DNA from: Nitrosopumilus sp.
GTDB taxonomy: Archaea; Thermoproteota; Nitrososphaeria; Nitrososphaerales; Nitrosopumilaceae
Assembly (NCBI GenBank): GCA_965218695.1
Contig: OZ244651.1
Coordinates: 2,395,687 to 2,459,686, forward strand
Length of the DNA: 64,000 bases
Direction: 5' to 3'
Shown: piece after piece, positions 37,852-47,450 of the stretch
How positions within the stretch are numbered: position 1 is the stretch's first letter
How the letters are laid out: every line of letters begins with the position of its first letter
Program-made: the position numbers and the translations under genes
Notes under the pieces: generated by a model
Database searches by the model: none
The model's input: the letters and a program-made list of their open reading frames with translations, nothing else
Told to the model about the DNA's origin: nothing

Positions 37852-39187
37852 CAGTAATCCCAGATGTGCTCACGGAGCCACGGGATCTGGCGGTGGCTCG
37901 GGCTGAATCGTAATATTCCGATAGATTGCTATTAGCGTGACAATTTTCATATACAGCTGCGTCACCGGAAGGACTCCGTCACGCAGCTTCAGAAAGCTGG
38001 CCAGCTGCGCGTTTACCAGCACCCACGCATTGAATAGCATCAGCGAGTACAGAAAGCAGAAAAGCCGGGCAGGCCTACTGCTGCCGAACGATTTCGCCCT
38101 GGCATTCTCTACCAGTCTGTAGCATGTCTCGATGGTCCACCTTTTGGAATATTCCTCTACATCCATCCACGGGGCATTGGTGGCAAACGCAATGTATCGA
38201 TCTTCCGGCGCACCTGCCTTCTTGTCCCCGTTCTTCGCCCCCTCACTTTCCTTCCTTACTCTCTTCTTCTCTGCTATGATCATGTGGTACTGAACCGTTG
38301 CCTTGTCAGAATTCGTCATGTCGGATTTTGAGATGGGGCCGAGCGTTTTGGCCACGAACTTGCGCAGCGAGTCTTTCACCCTACTGGTTCTGGTGCACGG
38401 CATCAGGTACTCAAGGCTAAGACGCTCAATCTCGGATATTGAGTTCACTGAAAAGAAGCCCCTGTCAACCAGGATCAGTCCCAGCCTGGATCCGACGGCG
38501 GAGACGTTTTCTAGGCACGAATTGAGGATTTCACGCAGGGATTCGTGCACGGATGAGGACTTGTCCACGTATAGGGCCGCAAGGATAAGCCGCGATTTGG
38601 AGTTGACGCACTGCGCCGTGATGTACGCCTCGAATCTGTTGGTGCCGCTCTTGCGCTCTCCGCCTCTCAGGTCAGAGCCAAGTTTCTTGCTGTGGCACGG
38701 TATCAGGTGCATGTCGATGGCCACATCAAGCACATCAGGCAGCCTGCCAAACAGGTAAAGCTCATCCAGCTGTGCCCTTACCGCCTGGTTAAAAGTCTCA
38801 AGCGCCTTACCCTCGTCCGTCTTGGACAGGATATCGCGAAACCACTCGTCGCTTGGAGAATGACGTGAATATCTTGGATTCTCGATGGACTGCGCCGTGA
38901 TTTCTCTCATGGCGAAGCTGCATCCGCCGACCGAAGTGTCAAGCATCGCGGCATGCAGCATGCCGACGTTAAAGTCGCTTGCGCCATATGTCGCGTTGTA
39001 CCTTTTGGAGACCTCGGCGGACGGCACGATGCTTTCTCTCAGCACCTTCTCAACAGATTCATATATTTTGCCATTGTTCATCATATCGCGTCTCAGGCGA
39101 TCTTTTTGGTGGTACATAAGGATCGTCTGGGCGTGCCCCCATTGATCTGTTTGCATCAGGTGCTAGATGGCACATCTGGGATTACTG
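37852..39187 (-). mobile_element. ISH3-family (IS4-like) element
   Basis: Perfect 18-bp TIR CAGTAATCCCAGATGTGC; 5-bp TSD TACCT. Confidence 0.93.
37870..39156 (-). CDS. ISH3-family DDE transposase
   Basis: AIDMHLIP, DRGFFS, Y.KRW.IET.YR, YS..L.N.W. Confidence 0.92.
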   Translation of the reverse strand: MQTDQWGHAQTILMYHQKDRLRRDMMNNGKIYESVEKVLRESIVPSAEVSKRYNATYGASDFNVGMLHAAMLDTSVGGCSFAMREITAQSIENPRYSRHSPSDEWFRDILSKTDEGKALETFNQAVRAQLDELYLFGRLPDVLDVAIDMHLIPCHSKKLGSDLRGGERKSGTNRFEAYITAQCVNSKSRLILAALYVDKSSSVHESLREILNSCLENVSAVGSRLGLILVDRGFFSVNSISEIERLSLEYLMPCTRTSRVKDSLRKFVAKTLGPISKSDMTNSDKATVQYHMIIAEKKRVRKESEGAKNGDKKAGAPEDRYIAFATNAPWMDVEEYSKRWTIETCYRLVENARAKSFGSSRPARLFCFLYSLMLFNAWVLVNAQLASFLKLRDGVLPVTQLYMKIVTLIAIYRNITIQPEPPPDPVAP

Positions 39188-40433
39188 TACCTGAAGGAGG
39201 TCCTTTCTTCATCTGGTTCCACAGGAGGTCCAGGTTTACGAGTCCGGTTATTATGTTAAATTCCCTGTTAAAGTCGCCAATCTTTCCTTTGTATGGCGCG
39301 GTAAGCCGGCCGTACCGCTTCAGCCTGCCGATGGAGTGCTCCACCTTTACCCTGGCCGAGTTGACGGCGTGGTTGTGCTCCTTTTCCTCCTTTGTAAAGC
39401 GCTTGTGGTTCTTGGTCTTCTTGTGCGGCTGCAGGGTGTTTGTGCCGGGCAGATCCTTTGCGATTCCCTTGTAGCCGCGGTCAGTAAGGGTGTGGATCCT
39501 GTCCTCTTCGGGGGTGTTCTCGTCGCACATGCGGTCCCACCATTTTCCAAACGGCAGCGGGCTCTCCCTGAGCAGCGTGATGTCGTGGACGGATCCCACG
39601 GTGCTGCCGGATATGGCGACTATCACCCCGTTTTCATTTATGCAGACTGTGGTGTTGAGCGTGAATTTCTTCTTCTTGCCCGAATACATCATGCTCCTCA
39701 TCTGTTTTTCGTCCGGCCTCTGTATGGGGCAGTGCGTGCCGTCGATCATCATGATGCCCCCGTCAGGCCCGGAAATTATTTTTTTGAGATCCTCTTTTGT
39801 CTCCGTGCCTGCTATCTCCTTTGATATGTTGGCAGCAGTGGGCAGCGCCGCCTCGAGTACCGCGTCCATGACGTCGATGTACCTGGACACGGTCGCCTGG
39901 TCTATTCCAAAGAATGCCGCAAGCGCGCCCTGCGTGGGGTTGCCCTTTTTGTACATCAGTGACATGAGTAGCGCGTGCCTTGGGTACAGCTTGCAGCGGT
40001 TCCCGGGATCCGACGCCCTCGTCTCGTCGTTCCTGAAGAGCGGGGATTTGCCGCTTTGTCTTATCCATGCCTCGGCCCTGTCAAGTATGTACTGGAATTG
40101 CCCCCTGCCCTTCAGCGTCGCGTCATGAAGCTTCTTCCCGACGCCGATGACGTCGTCAAGCACCTCCACGCGGTGCAGCAGGGCGGGCTCCCCTGCGGCT
40201 CCGGACTCGGAGCCGTCCCGCGTGCTCCACAGGCTTTGCTCGTGCTTGGCGGCTGCCTCCAAGCGCTTGATGTCAGCGTCCTGGCGCTTGATGTCAGCGT
40301 CCTGGCGCTTGATGTCAGCGTCCTGGCGCTTGATCATGTATCTGAGAGCCTTGTTCTCTTTTTGCAGGTCACTTGTTTCCTGATTCGACAACAGTATGAA
40401 CCGGCATATTCTGGTTTTAATTGGATGGATCAT
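39156..40433 (-). CDS. IS5-family transposase; extreme C-terminus replaced by the ISH3 end
   Basis: Highly similar to 15963..17255. Confidence 0.9.
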   Translation of the reverse strand: MIHPIKTRICRFILLSNQETSDLQKENKALRYMIKRQDADIKRQDADIKRQDADIKRLEAAAKHEQSLWSTRDGSESGAAGEPALLHRVEVLDDVIGVGKKLHDATLKGRGQFQYILDRAEAWIRQSGKSPLFRNDETRASDPGNRCKLYPRHALLMSLMYKKGNPTQGALAAFFGIDQATVSRYIDVMDAVLEAALPTAANISKEIAGTETKEDLKKIISGPDGGIMMIDGTHCPIQRPDEKQMRSMMYSGKKKKFTLNTTVCINENGVIVAISGSTVGSVHDITLLRESPLPFGKWWDRMCDENTPEEDRIHTLTDRGYKGIAKDLPGTNTLQPHKKTKNHKRFTKEEKEHNHAVNSARVKVEHSIGRLKRYGRLTAPYKGKIGDFNREFNIITGLVNLDLLWNQMKKGPPSGTVIPDVPSST

Positions 40434-40501
40434 AAATTTTTGACAGCAGGGCTAACATGTCAGCGCGGAGTTTGAAAAAGTTCCGGATTACGCATATTTT
40501 C

Positions 40502-42142
40502 GTAACTGCATAGTTTTTTGATCAAATGTTGAACTCCATGCCTACGCGCGTCTATGCAGTTTTTTGACGTGGAGCCAGGCCCTCGCGCAGGATCGTGCCA
40601 AGATCATCTCCCCTTGCCTTGCATGTCTGCTTGATGCTCATCAGCGTGGCAATGGCATCTGCACCCTTCTTTGACCTGCTCCCGTTGCTGTTCTTGCGCA
40701 GGATGACGCACGGCCTGATGGCCCGCTCTGCCCGGTTGTTGTGGTATTCGACGCCGTCTGTCTCCAGAAACGCAAACAGGTGGCCTTTTTCCCGCACCAG
40801 CCTCTTGCGCATCCTGTTGCAGTGCTTGCAGTCGCGGTCCTTTTCGAGCCTGCCGATAAGTGACGCAATACGACGATCCAGCCTCTTCTTTGCGGCAAGC
40901 GCGTCTGCCCCTCCCGGAACGGCGCCGTCGATGTGCGAGTCCCACAGTATCGCGCGCAGCGTCCTTGCGTGACGCTTGTAGTCGTAGCCGGGATTCTTGT
41001 ATTTCAGGGTGTCCTTGATGTCCCGGGCGTAATGAAGGTGGCACTTTTGGTGTTCGGATCCGATGACGTTCCACGCGGCCCACGAGTCAGACGTGACGCA
41101 TCCCGGGTAGTCCTTGCCGAGCATCTTTTTTGGAACCTTCGAGTTCCTGTGGCGGTGCACCTCGTAGATTACGGCGTACCTGGCTACAGCCACCCACAGC
41201 CAGTAGTTCGTGCCGTCGACGCGCCAGATTGTCTCGTCCCCGTTTATCGCAGGCGAGTTTCTTACCTCCTCCTTGATCTTCTCGTACAGCGGCCCGAGCT
41301 CCCGGGCCATCCTGCACACCATGCGGTTTATCGCAGATTCCGTGATTCTTGCCGAGTACATCATCATGACAATATTGCATATTCTGAGGTCTGACATGCC
41401 GTGCAGCCTGAGGATGACCATCATTATCATAAAGTTGATCCCGTACCTGGAGTTTGGCAGTGCCAGCGGGGTCCTGCCGGACACGGTCCTCTTGCAGTTC
41501 CTGCAACGCCTTCTCTTTACTGTCACCTTGATGTGCTTTAGTTCCGTCTTGGCAGCCTCCCTTACCACCTTTGTGTACGTGGATACGCACTCGGAGAGGT
41601 CGGAGCTGCCGCAGTTGTCGCACGTGTGGGGATCTGCCGTCTCCTCTGCGTCTATTCTTTCAGGACGCGCAAGGCCCGTGCGTTTGTGGTCACTTGGCTT
41701 GCCCTTGGCCTTGCCCTTGCCCTTTGCGCGGCGCCGGGTACTGCCGGTCTTTTTGTCCGGTTTTGCGCCGATGCTCCTTGCAACGGCAGCCGATATGATG
41801 CCCTTTGCCTCCTGCAACTCTGCCGTGAGATCCTGGATCTGTTTGAGGGCGGCAGCGTAAAGATCAGCGAGTTTGGCCATCTGCCGGTCTTTTTCGGCCA
41901 TCTGCCGGTCTTTTTCGGCCATCTGCTCTGCCATCACACCCACTTTTTCCTCCAGTTCTGCAATCCTTGACTCGGAATTATCATCAGACATATGCAAACC
42001 GTGGGCAACAATGATCTAAAAATTAGGACGGAGAGAAAAACTCGATCAAGTGATCAAAAATAGTTTTAAAAAATTAGACAGACGCGGATTTTCTGATTGT
42101 AGATATGGAGTTCAACATTTGATCAAAAAACTACACAGATAC
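40502..42142 (-). mobile_element. IS66-family element (single ORF)
   Basis: 38-bp TIRs GTAACTGCATAGTTTTTTGATCAAATGTTGAACTCCAT / ATGGAGTTCAACATTTGATCAAAAAACTACACAGATAC; no TSD. Confidence 0.9.
40552..41997 (-). CDS. IS66 transposase
   Basis: Coiled coil, CDNC...CRNC, GDETIW, YWLW, HQKC..H..R, NNRAERAIR. Confidence 0.92.
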   Translation of the reverse strand: MHMSDDNSESRIAELEEKVGVMAEQMAEKDRQMAEKDRQMAKLADLYAAALKQIQDLTAELQEAKGIISAAVARSIGAKPDKKTGSTRRRAKGKGKAKGKPSDHKRTGLARPERIDAEETADPHTCDNCGSSDLSECVSTYTKVVREAAKTELKHIKVTVKRRRCRNCKRTVSGRTPLALPNSRYGINFMIMMVILRLHGMSDLRICNIVMMMYSARITESAINRMVCRMARELGPLYEKIKEEVRNSPAINGDETIWRVDGTNYWLWVAVARYAVIYEVHRHRNSKVPKKMLGKDYPGCVTSDSWAAWNVIGSEHQKCHLHYARDIKDTLKYKNPGYDYKRHARTLRAILWDSHIDGAVPGGADALAAKKRLDRRIASLIGRLEKDRDCKHCNRMRKRLVREKGHLFAFLETDGVEYHNNRAERAIRPCVILRKNSNGSRSKKGADAIATLMSIKQTCKARGDDLGTILREGLAPRQKTA

Positions 42143-42436
42143 GGAAAATCTAAAAAGGATCTTGACAATTTGCTGAAAATTCTCTTTGACGTACTGTCTT
42201 CAAACATGAAGAACGGTCAAGATTATCTTCCTGGACTTGGCTTGATGAAAGATGACACTTTTGTTTATAAAATAAAATGTGAAAAGAAAGAAAATTCCAA
42301 GAAAAGAGAAGGATTTGATTTGAAAATTTTACGGCAGGTTGGTTTAGCAAACAATTTAAATCCGGAACATGAAATATTAAGTATGGTTGAGATTAGAGAA
42401 AATGATGAACTTACTAATCGGTTCCGTTATTGGTGA
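42143..42436 (+). pseudogene. AT-rich 3' gene fragment truncated by IS66
   Basis: Open frame from the IS end to TGA at 42436; no start of its own; family not recognised. Confidence 0.45.
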
Positions 42437-42654
42437 TTTTTATGACTTCATTATATCTTATACATATTCCATCAAAAAATGAAATTTCAGCAGCAATCTA
42501 AATTTACCATCGTGCCAAAATCTTGATCTGCCATCCTAAATATTACCCAAACAAACGTGACCTTTTTGTAGTTTTTGGTATGGGGATGTGTACCAGATGC
42601 TGTGCGAGATTATCTTTCAAGCATCATCTCTGGCTTTTTTAGTTGTGACGCATA

Positions 42655-42804
42655 GTAAACGACAGAATGTTCCACTCATTTGAGGTCGGAAATTTTTGCA
42701 ACAAAACACCATTTGTCATGCCTCTTAGGCATGGTTTCAAGATGAGCAACCGGTTTCTGTGTGTACCCCAGATAGCAAAATGAGCGAAACATTCTGTCGT
42801 CTAC
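42655..42804. mobile_element. 150-bp MITE sharing TIRs with IS630-D
   Basis: GTAAACGACAGAATGTTCCACTCATTT ... AAATGAGCGAAACATTCTGTCGTCTAC, flanked by TA. Confidence 0.88.
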
Positions 42805-42830
42805 TACACTTGGTTCAAATTGTTGATGGT

Positions 42831-43382
42831 CTACGTTGATTTGACGGCATTTTCGGATTCTGCGGTACCATGAACGCCCTGAACACCAGCCAGTACCAGA
42901 ACCAGCGCCCTGTCCATGGGGTCGTGCGCGTTTCGAAGCATCTTGGATATCCCTTCCCGGGACCATCCTCGGGAGTCTGGCAGGTTGTCCTGTTCGGGGT
43001 ACGTCGCGTAGATCATCTTCCACGGCAGCATGACCTCGTTCATGTCGAAGAGCTTCTTGAGGGGCTTGAAGTAGTTGTCGATTGAGGCTGGGTTGAGGTA
43101 GTCCGGGTCGTCTTTTGCAAGCTCCGTCCTCTTGCACAGGTTCTCGGATATCTTCAGTAGCAGATCGCGCGTCCAGTCAGATGTCTCCCTGCCGATCGTG
43201 ACCATCTGCCTCATCCTCTCCTCGAACGTGTCATCCAGCACGTTCTCCAGGTAGTTGCACAGTATCCTTTGCAGCGTCCTGGTGTACCTGTCTAGGGTCA
43301 CCTTGGACTTTATCCCCTGCGTGAACCGCTCCAGCGACGTCGATTCGTCTATCTCTTCGATCTTGTCCTTGGTCAGATTCAC
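42831..43382 (-). pseudogene. Tyrosine recombinase/integrase N-terminal part
   Basis: F..GIKS..T...Y...L, NYFKPLKKLFDMN, RG.SRE.I.KML, DRALVLVLA, then the catalytic region is lost; adjacent to the tRNA 3' end. Confidence 0.75.
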
Positions 43383-43426
43383 ACCCGTCCGTCCGCGTGG
43401 AACCTATCAAATTGAATAGTAAGGTA

Positions 43427-43521
43427 TGGACCGGATGGGATTCGAACCCACGACCCTTGCGGGAGTGATACTCCTTACGCAGTGTGAGTGCGTCATCCAA
43501 ACCAGGCTAGACGACCGGTCC
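43427..43521 (-). tRNA. tRNA-Val(CAC) with a 20-nt intron at non-canonical position 44/45 (43456..43475)
   Basis: Acceptor GGACCGG/CCGGTCC-A; anticodon arm ACGCA-CTCACAC-TGCGT; T arm GTGGG-TTCGAAT-CCCAT; perfect BHB motif. Confidence 0.93.
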
Positions 43522-44129
43522 GGTTAGACTGCGCGGGGGGTATTTTTTTACCTTTAGATCCTGTAAAATCAGAACTGATGTACTCTGTGGCACGGACGGG
43601 CATCACTACCGCTGCCGCTGCCGCAGCAGCCCCATCATGTACCCGCATCAAGCAATACGCTGAGATCAAAAGGCAAGATGACAGCGTAGCCAGCCACCAC
43701 GGACAGGACCAGCAGTCCGAACGCCTTGGCGGTCCCAAACGCGTGCACGACTTTTATCGCCTTCACGGACAGGACTATGATCCATGCCGAGACTGCAACC
43801 ACCACGGCATAGTACGCAAGAGCCAGCCCAATGTCCTGCTGGAGGGTGAGCATCGAATGCTGCATGTCCGACGGGGGCACTGCAACCCATATCGCCCCGA
43901 CTGCCACAGCAGCCACCACGAGCAGCACGTGCACATGGAACAACGTCACGAACGTCTGCTTCCAGTTTGCACTGCCACCAAGCCTGCGTCCTGCAAGGTG
44001 CACGACCAGTGTGGAGACTACCCCGCTTGCCAGTACGGATGCCATGTTGGCAAGGAACGGAGTCCAGCCCAATCCGCCTGTATCCTCGTATATGATCTCG
44101 TATGGCACCACAATGACGGCCCCAAGAAT

Positions 44130-45993
44130 CAGTTAACACAGAAGTAAAAGATCCTGCCTGACATGCAGGACACGCCCGCGCCATCTCGTACACATCCGCA
44201 CTGAATCTGCAGGCGTTGCCAAAAATAGCTGCCGGCAGGTGCAAATTACATGTCATTGCAGCTTAAAAGAATGGAGTGAGAGTACCCGTCAATGAACCAC
44301 CATGAACGGGCTCACACACCATATCGGATTCACGGAATTGGGATTTAAGGTTTGCACGGCTGCTGCCGGAAACGGCGCTGCATCAGGCAGGCGGCGAAAC
44401 CCGAAGTGACTGCCATGCCCGGCCCGCAGAACCGCATGCAGCGTTCCCTGAAAAACAATCCGGCCATGATGGGCGGGCCGGTCATGGACGGGGTATCTGA
44501 GACATTTGATCCCGGAATTCCGTCCCCCAAAAGGCACAACACCACGTACGGGCCGGCCGATTTTCACAGGGTCATGGTGGCAGCTGCGCTGCTTGGCGTC
44601 TCGGCCTTTGGATACGCGTCTGCCATGCGCAATGCCACGACCTTCCTGTCGGGGCTGAAAAAATCCCACCGCCGGGCCGTCAGCGGCGAGTGGATCCGGG
44701 ACACGATATCCAGGATCAAAAGGGATCAGCTGATCAAGGCGTTTAACGAAAAGATAGGCGTCCAGCTGGACAGGTTGCAGGAGCTGGGCATGCTTGCAGG
44801 CAGGAAGATGGACGTGGCCATAGACATGCACCTGATACCCCGCTGGGACTCCAACCACAACGAAGACGTAGTGCGCTCAAAGAGCAAGGGCAAGACGGGC
44901 AGTTTTGAGCGCTACGTCACGGCGCAGTGCGTCAACAGGAGGATGAACCTTGCGCTTGGCGTGATTCACATGCCCGCCCTTGAAGACGCCTCTGATTTTG
45001 TACGGCGGATCATCAAAACGTGCAGGGACAACAGGGTCAGAATCGGGGTTGCCATGCTTGACCGCGAATTCTTTTCCACCGACGTCATCCGGACACTGCA
45101 TGAGACGGGCGTGGACTTTCTCATGCCGTGCGTCAACACGACCAACGTGATCCGGGCCATCGCGCAGTTTGATCGCGGGGAGCGCATGGCAGTGTCCAGG
45201 TTCCGCATAGCAAAGACCAAGAACGACTACGAGGAATACACCATGATAATAACAAAACGCAAAAGAAAAAGCAGGAAATCAGGCGGCAAAAAGCCCGAGG
45301 AGGAATACATCGCGTTTGCCACAAGCGTGCCCGGAATCAAGCCAGACCTGTACTCCAAGAGGTGGGTCATAGAGACCGGATACAGGATGGTGGAGAGCCA
45401 AAGGGTAAGGACGCGCAGTACCTCCAGTACCGCGCGGCTGTTCTGTTTTCTCTACTCGATGATCCTGTACAACGTGTGGGTTCTGGCAAATGCCGAGCTG
45501 ACACGCAATCCGGGCATGTCAGGCGGCAGCGGGGTGTATTTGACAATGAGGCAGATTGACATGAAGGCAATCCTTTTGCTGATGACCATTCCCCGGGATC
45601 TTGCCAGGCACAAGCCGCCGGATCCGTGCTGCATCTGCCACGCTGCCGGATGCGCGGCCGGCCGCCGCATCCAAGGCACCCTGCCACCCCTGAAGTAGAT
45701 TCCGCAGGGCCGTCTCTTGCAGGAATGGACGGACGGACGGACGGTGCGTAGCCATTCCGAAGAACCGGACGCAGTACTGCGTTTTGCCTTCAAACGTATC
45801 CAGCGTGCCACTGAATGTTTGTCTTTTGCCCATGGGCACGGCCACCGACACCCGGTACCGCCATGCCCACGCCATGCATCTAGATCATGCAGGCAGGACA
45901 AGACATTGGCATGTTTGAGGCTTTCAACATGGGTATTGGAATAGGCATTCTATCCAATCATGCACTAAATTGTTGCTACTTCTGCGTTAACTG
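44130..45993 (+). mobile_element. ISH3-family element B
   Basis: TIRs CAGTTAACACAGAAGTA / TACTTCTGCGTTAACTG; 5-bp TSD AGAAT. Confidence 0.93.
44415..45698 (+). CDS. ISH3-family DDE transposase
   Basis: AIDMHLIP, DREFFS, YSKRW.IETGYR; start codon uncertain. Confidence 0.9.
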   Translation: MPGPQNRMQRSLKNNPAMMGGPVMDGVSETFDPGIPSPKRHNTTYGPADFHRVMVAAALLGVSAFGYASAMRNATTFLSGLKKSHRRAVSGEWIRDTISRIKRDQLIKAFNEKIGVQLDRLQELGMLAGRKMDVAIDMHLIPRWDSNHNEDVVRSKSKGKTGSFERYVTAQCVNRRMNLALGVIHMPALEDASDFVRRIIKTCRDNRVRIGVAMLDREFFSTDVIRTLHETGVDFLMPCVNTTNVIRAIAQFDRGERMAVSRFRIAKTKNDYEEYTMIITKRKRKSRKSGGKKPEEEYIAFATSVPGIKPDLYSKRWVIETGYRMVESQRVRTRSTSSTARLFCFLYSMILYNVWVLANAELTRNPGMSGGSGVYLTMRQIDMKAILLLMTIPRDLARHKPPDPCCICHAAGCAAGRRIQGTLPPLK

Positions 45994-46158
45994 AGAATGG
46001 AGGCAACAAGAAATATCACTACGGACTGTCCCAGGTATGCGTCCGGGTCGTTGCAGAGGCGCGCAAACGTGGCGTTTGGTGACGTCATAACCCGGATGAC
46101 TATCCAGATATCAAAACGCAATCTGCCACGGCATTGATTATTTCCCAATAAGAATGGA

Positions 46159-46206
<48 letters not shown>

Positions 46207-46328
46207 ACGCGCAACCTCTCTCTTATTCACGAAGGTAGGATCATCTGTGGCATTTTCTACCTAACAGCAGCAGCAGCACCACCATATTCTTCATCCATTC
46301 AGGTACCGAGAAATGGCCGGCTCGGACC

Positions 46329-46496
46329 CTACTTTTTGGCGCCCATGTTGCGGTTCTTGAGCCGCAGGTACGGGTTCCTGCACTTTCTGCACCGCGTGGC
46401 CTTGATGTCGTTTCTGCACCCACAGTTGAAGCATATCTGCATGATGAGGCGGGCGTTCTGCGCTATGCGCTTCTTTTCAGGATCAGTAACTGGCAT
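46329..46496 (-). CDS. rpl40e: 50S ribosomal protein L40e
   Basis: MPVTDPEKKRIAQNARLIMQICFNCGCRNDIKATRCRKCRNPYLRLKNRNMGAKK (55 aa; not in the ORF track). Confidence 0.93.
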   Translation of the reverse strand: MPVTDPEKKRIAQNARLIMQICFNCGCRNDIKATRCRKCRNPYLRLKNRNMGAKK

Positions 46497-46526
46497 CAGA
46501 CTCTTCCCGGATTCCTCTCTTTTATT

Positions 46527-47450
46527 CTAATCGGATTTGTCCGCTGCCATCTTTCCTGCAAGAAGCATGGGCACCTCTGCTGGCCTCTTTGCGACGGGGA
46601 TGTCTGCCTTGTTGAACATGGATATCTTGGACTCTGCAGAGCCGTACGTCCCCATCACTATGGCCCCGGCATGGCCCATCCTCTTCTCCTTGGGCGCTGC
46701 CCTTCCTGCAATGTACGCCACGGCGGGCTTGTCAAACCCGCAATCCATTATCCTCTGGGCCAGGATCTCCTCAGAGTCCCCGCCTATCTCGCCCACTATC
46801 ACCAGCCCGTCAAGGTCCGGAGAGTCCTTTACCATCTCAAAGGCATCGACAAGCCTGGTGCCGTTCACCGGATCCCCGCCTATACCGATCGTGATGGACT
46901 GGCCGAACCCGGCGCTGGTCAGCGCGTCTGATATCTCGTAGAGCAGCGTGCCGCTCTTTGAGAGCACGGCGATCCTGCCCATCTTGAACGGCGTGGGTGG
47001 CATGATTCCAATCTTTATCACCTCGGGAATCATGATCCCGGGCGTGTTGGGCCCGATGATTACTGCGCCCTTGTCTCCTGCAATCTCAAGTGCAGTCATT
47101 GTGTCCCGGACCGGCACGTGCTCGGGAATCGCGACAAGCAGCTTGATTCCGGCATCCAACGCCTCGCGCGCGGCAGGCAAGAAGAATTTGGCAGGGACAA
47201 ACACGGCAGATATCGCCGCACCGGTCGCATCCACTGCATCCTGCACGGTATCGTATATCGGAATGGTGCCGTCAAACTTCTGCCCCCCCTTGCCGGGAGT
47301 CACGCCTGCCACGATGTTTGTCCCGTAGGCGACCATGTTCCTGGCGTGCAGCGAGCCGTACGCGCCGGTGATTCCCTGCACTATCACGCCCTTCCTCCCA
47401 TAGTCAGGCTCTTCGGGCACGCCGCGGAGGATCCCAAATATGTCGCTCAA
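46527..47450 (-). CDS. sucD: Succinyl-CoA synthetase alpha subunit
   Basis: VQGITG, GVTPGKGG, GPNTPG, GIGGD, RMGHAGA. Confidence 0.96.
   Translation of the reverse strand: MSDIFGILRGVPEEPDYGRKGVIVQGITGAYGSLHARNMVAYGTNIVAGVTPGKGGQKFDGTIPIYDTVQDAVDATGAAISAVFVPAKFFLPAAREALDAGIKLLVAIPEHVPVRDTMTALEIAGDKGAVIIGPNTPGIMIPEVIKIGIMPPTPFKMGRIAVLSKSGTLLYEISDALTSAGFGQSITIGIGGDPVNGTRLVDAFEMVKDSPDLDGLVIVGEIGGDSEEILAQRIMDCGFDKPAVAYIAGRAAPKEKRMGHAGAIVMGTYGSAESKISMFNKADIPVAKRPAEVPMLLAGKMAADKSD

Larger units (their letters stand above)
37615..40501 (-). mobile_element. IS5-family element A, copy 2, with nested ISH3
   Basis: Same TIRs as 15895..17418, in inverted orientation. Confidence 0.9.
43635..46088 (-). 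pseudogene. Yip1-domain membrane protein interrupted by ISH3
   Basis: MTSPNATF...VASIL joins GAVIVVPYE...LGGSANWKQ.F...KAIKVVH.FGT.KAF after removing the IS. Confidence 0.85.

Noticed and set aside
43427-43521. tRNA with a long variable arm (Ser/Leu/Sec type)
   Set aside because: The anticodon is CAC and the extra 20 nt form a perfect BHB intron.
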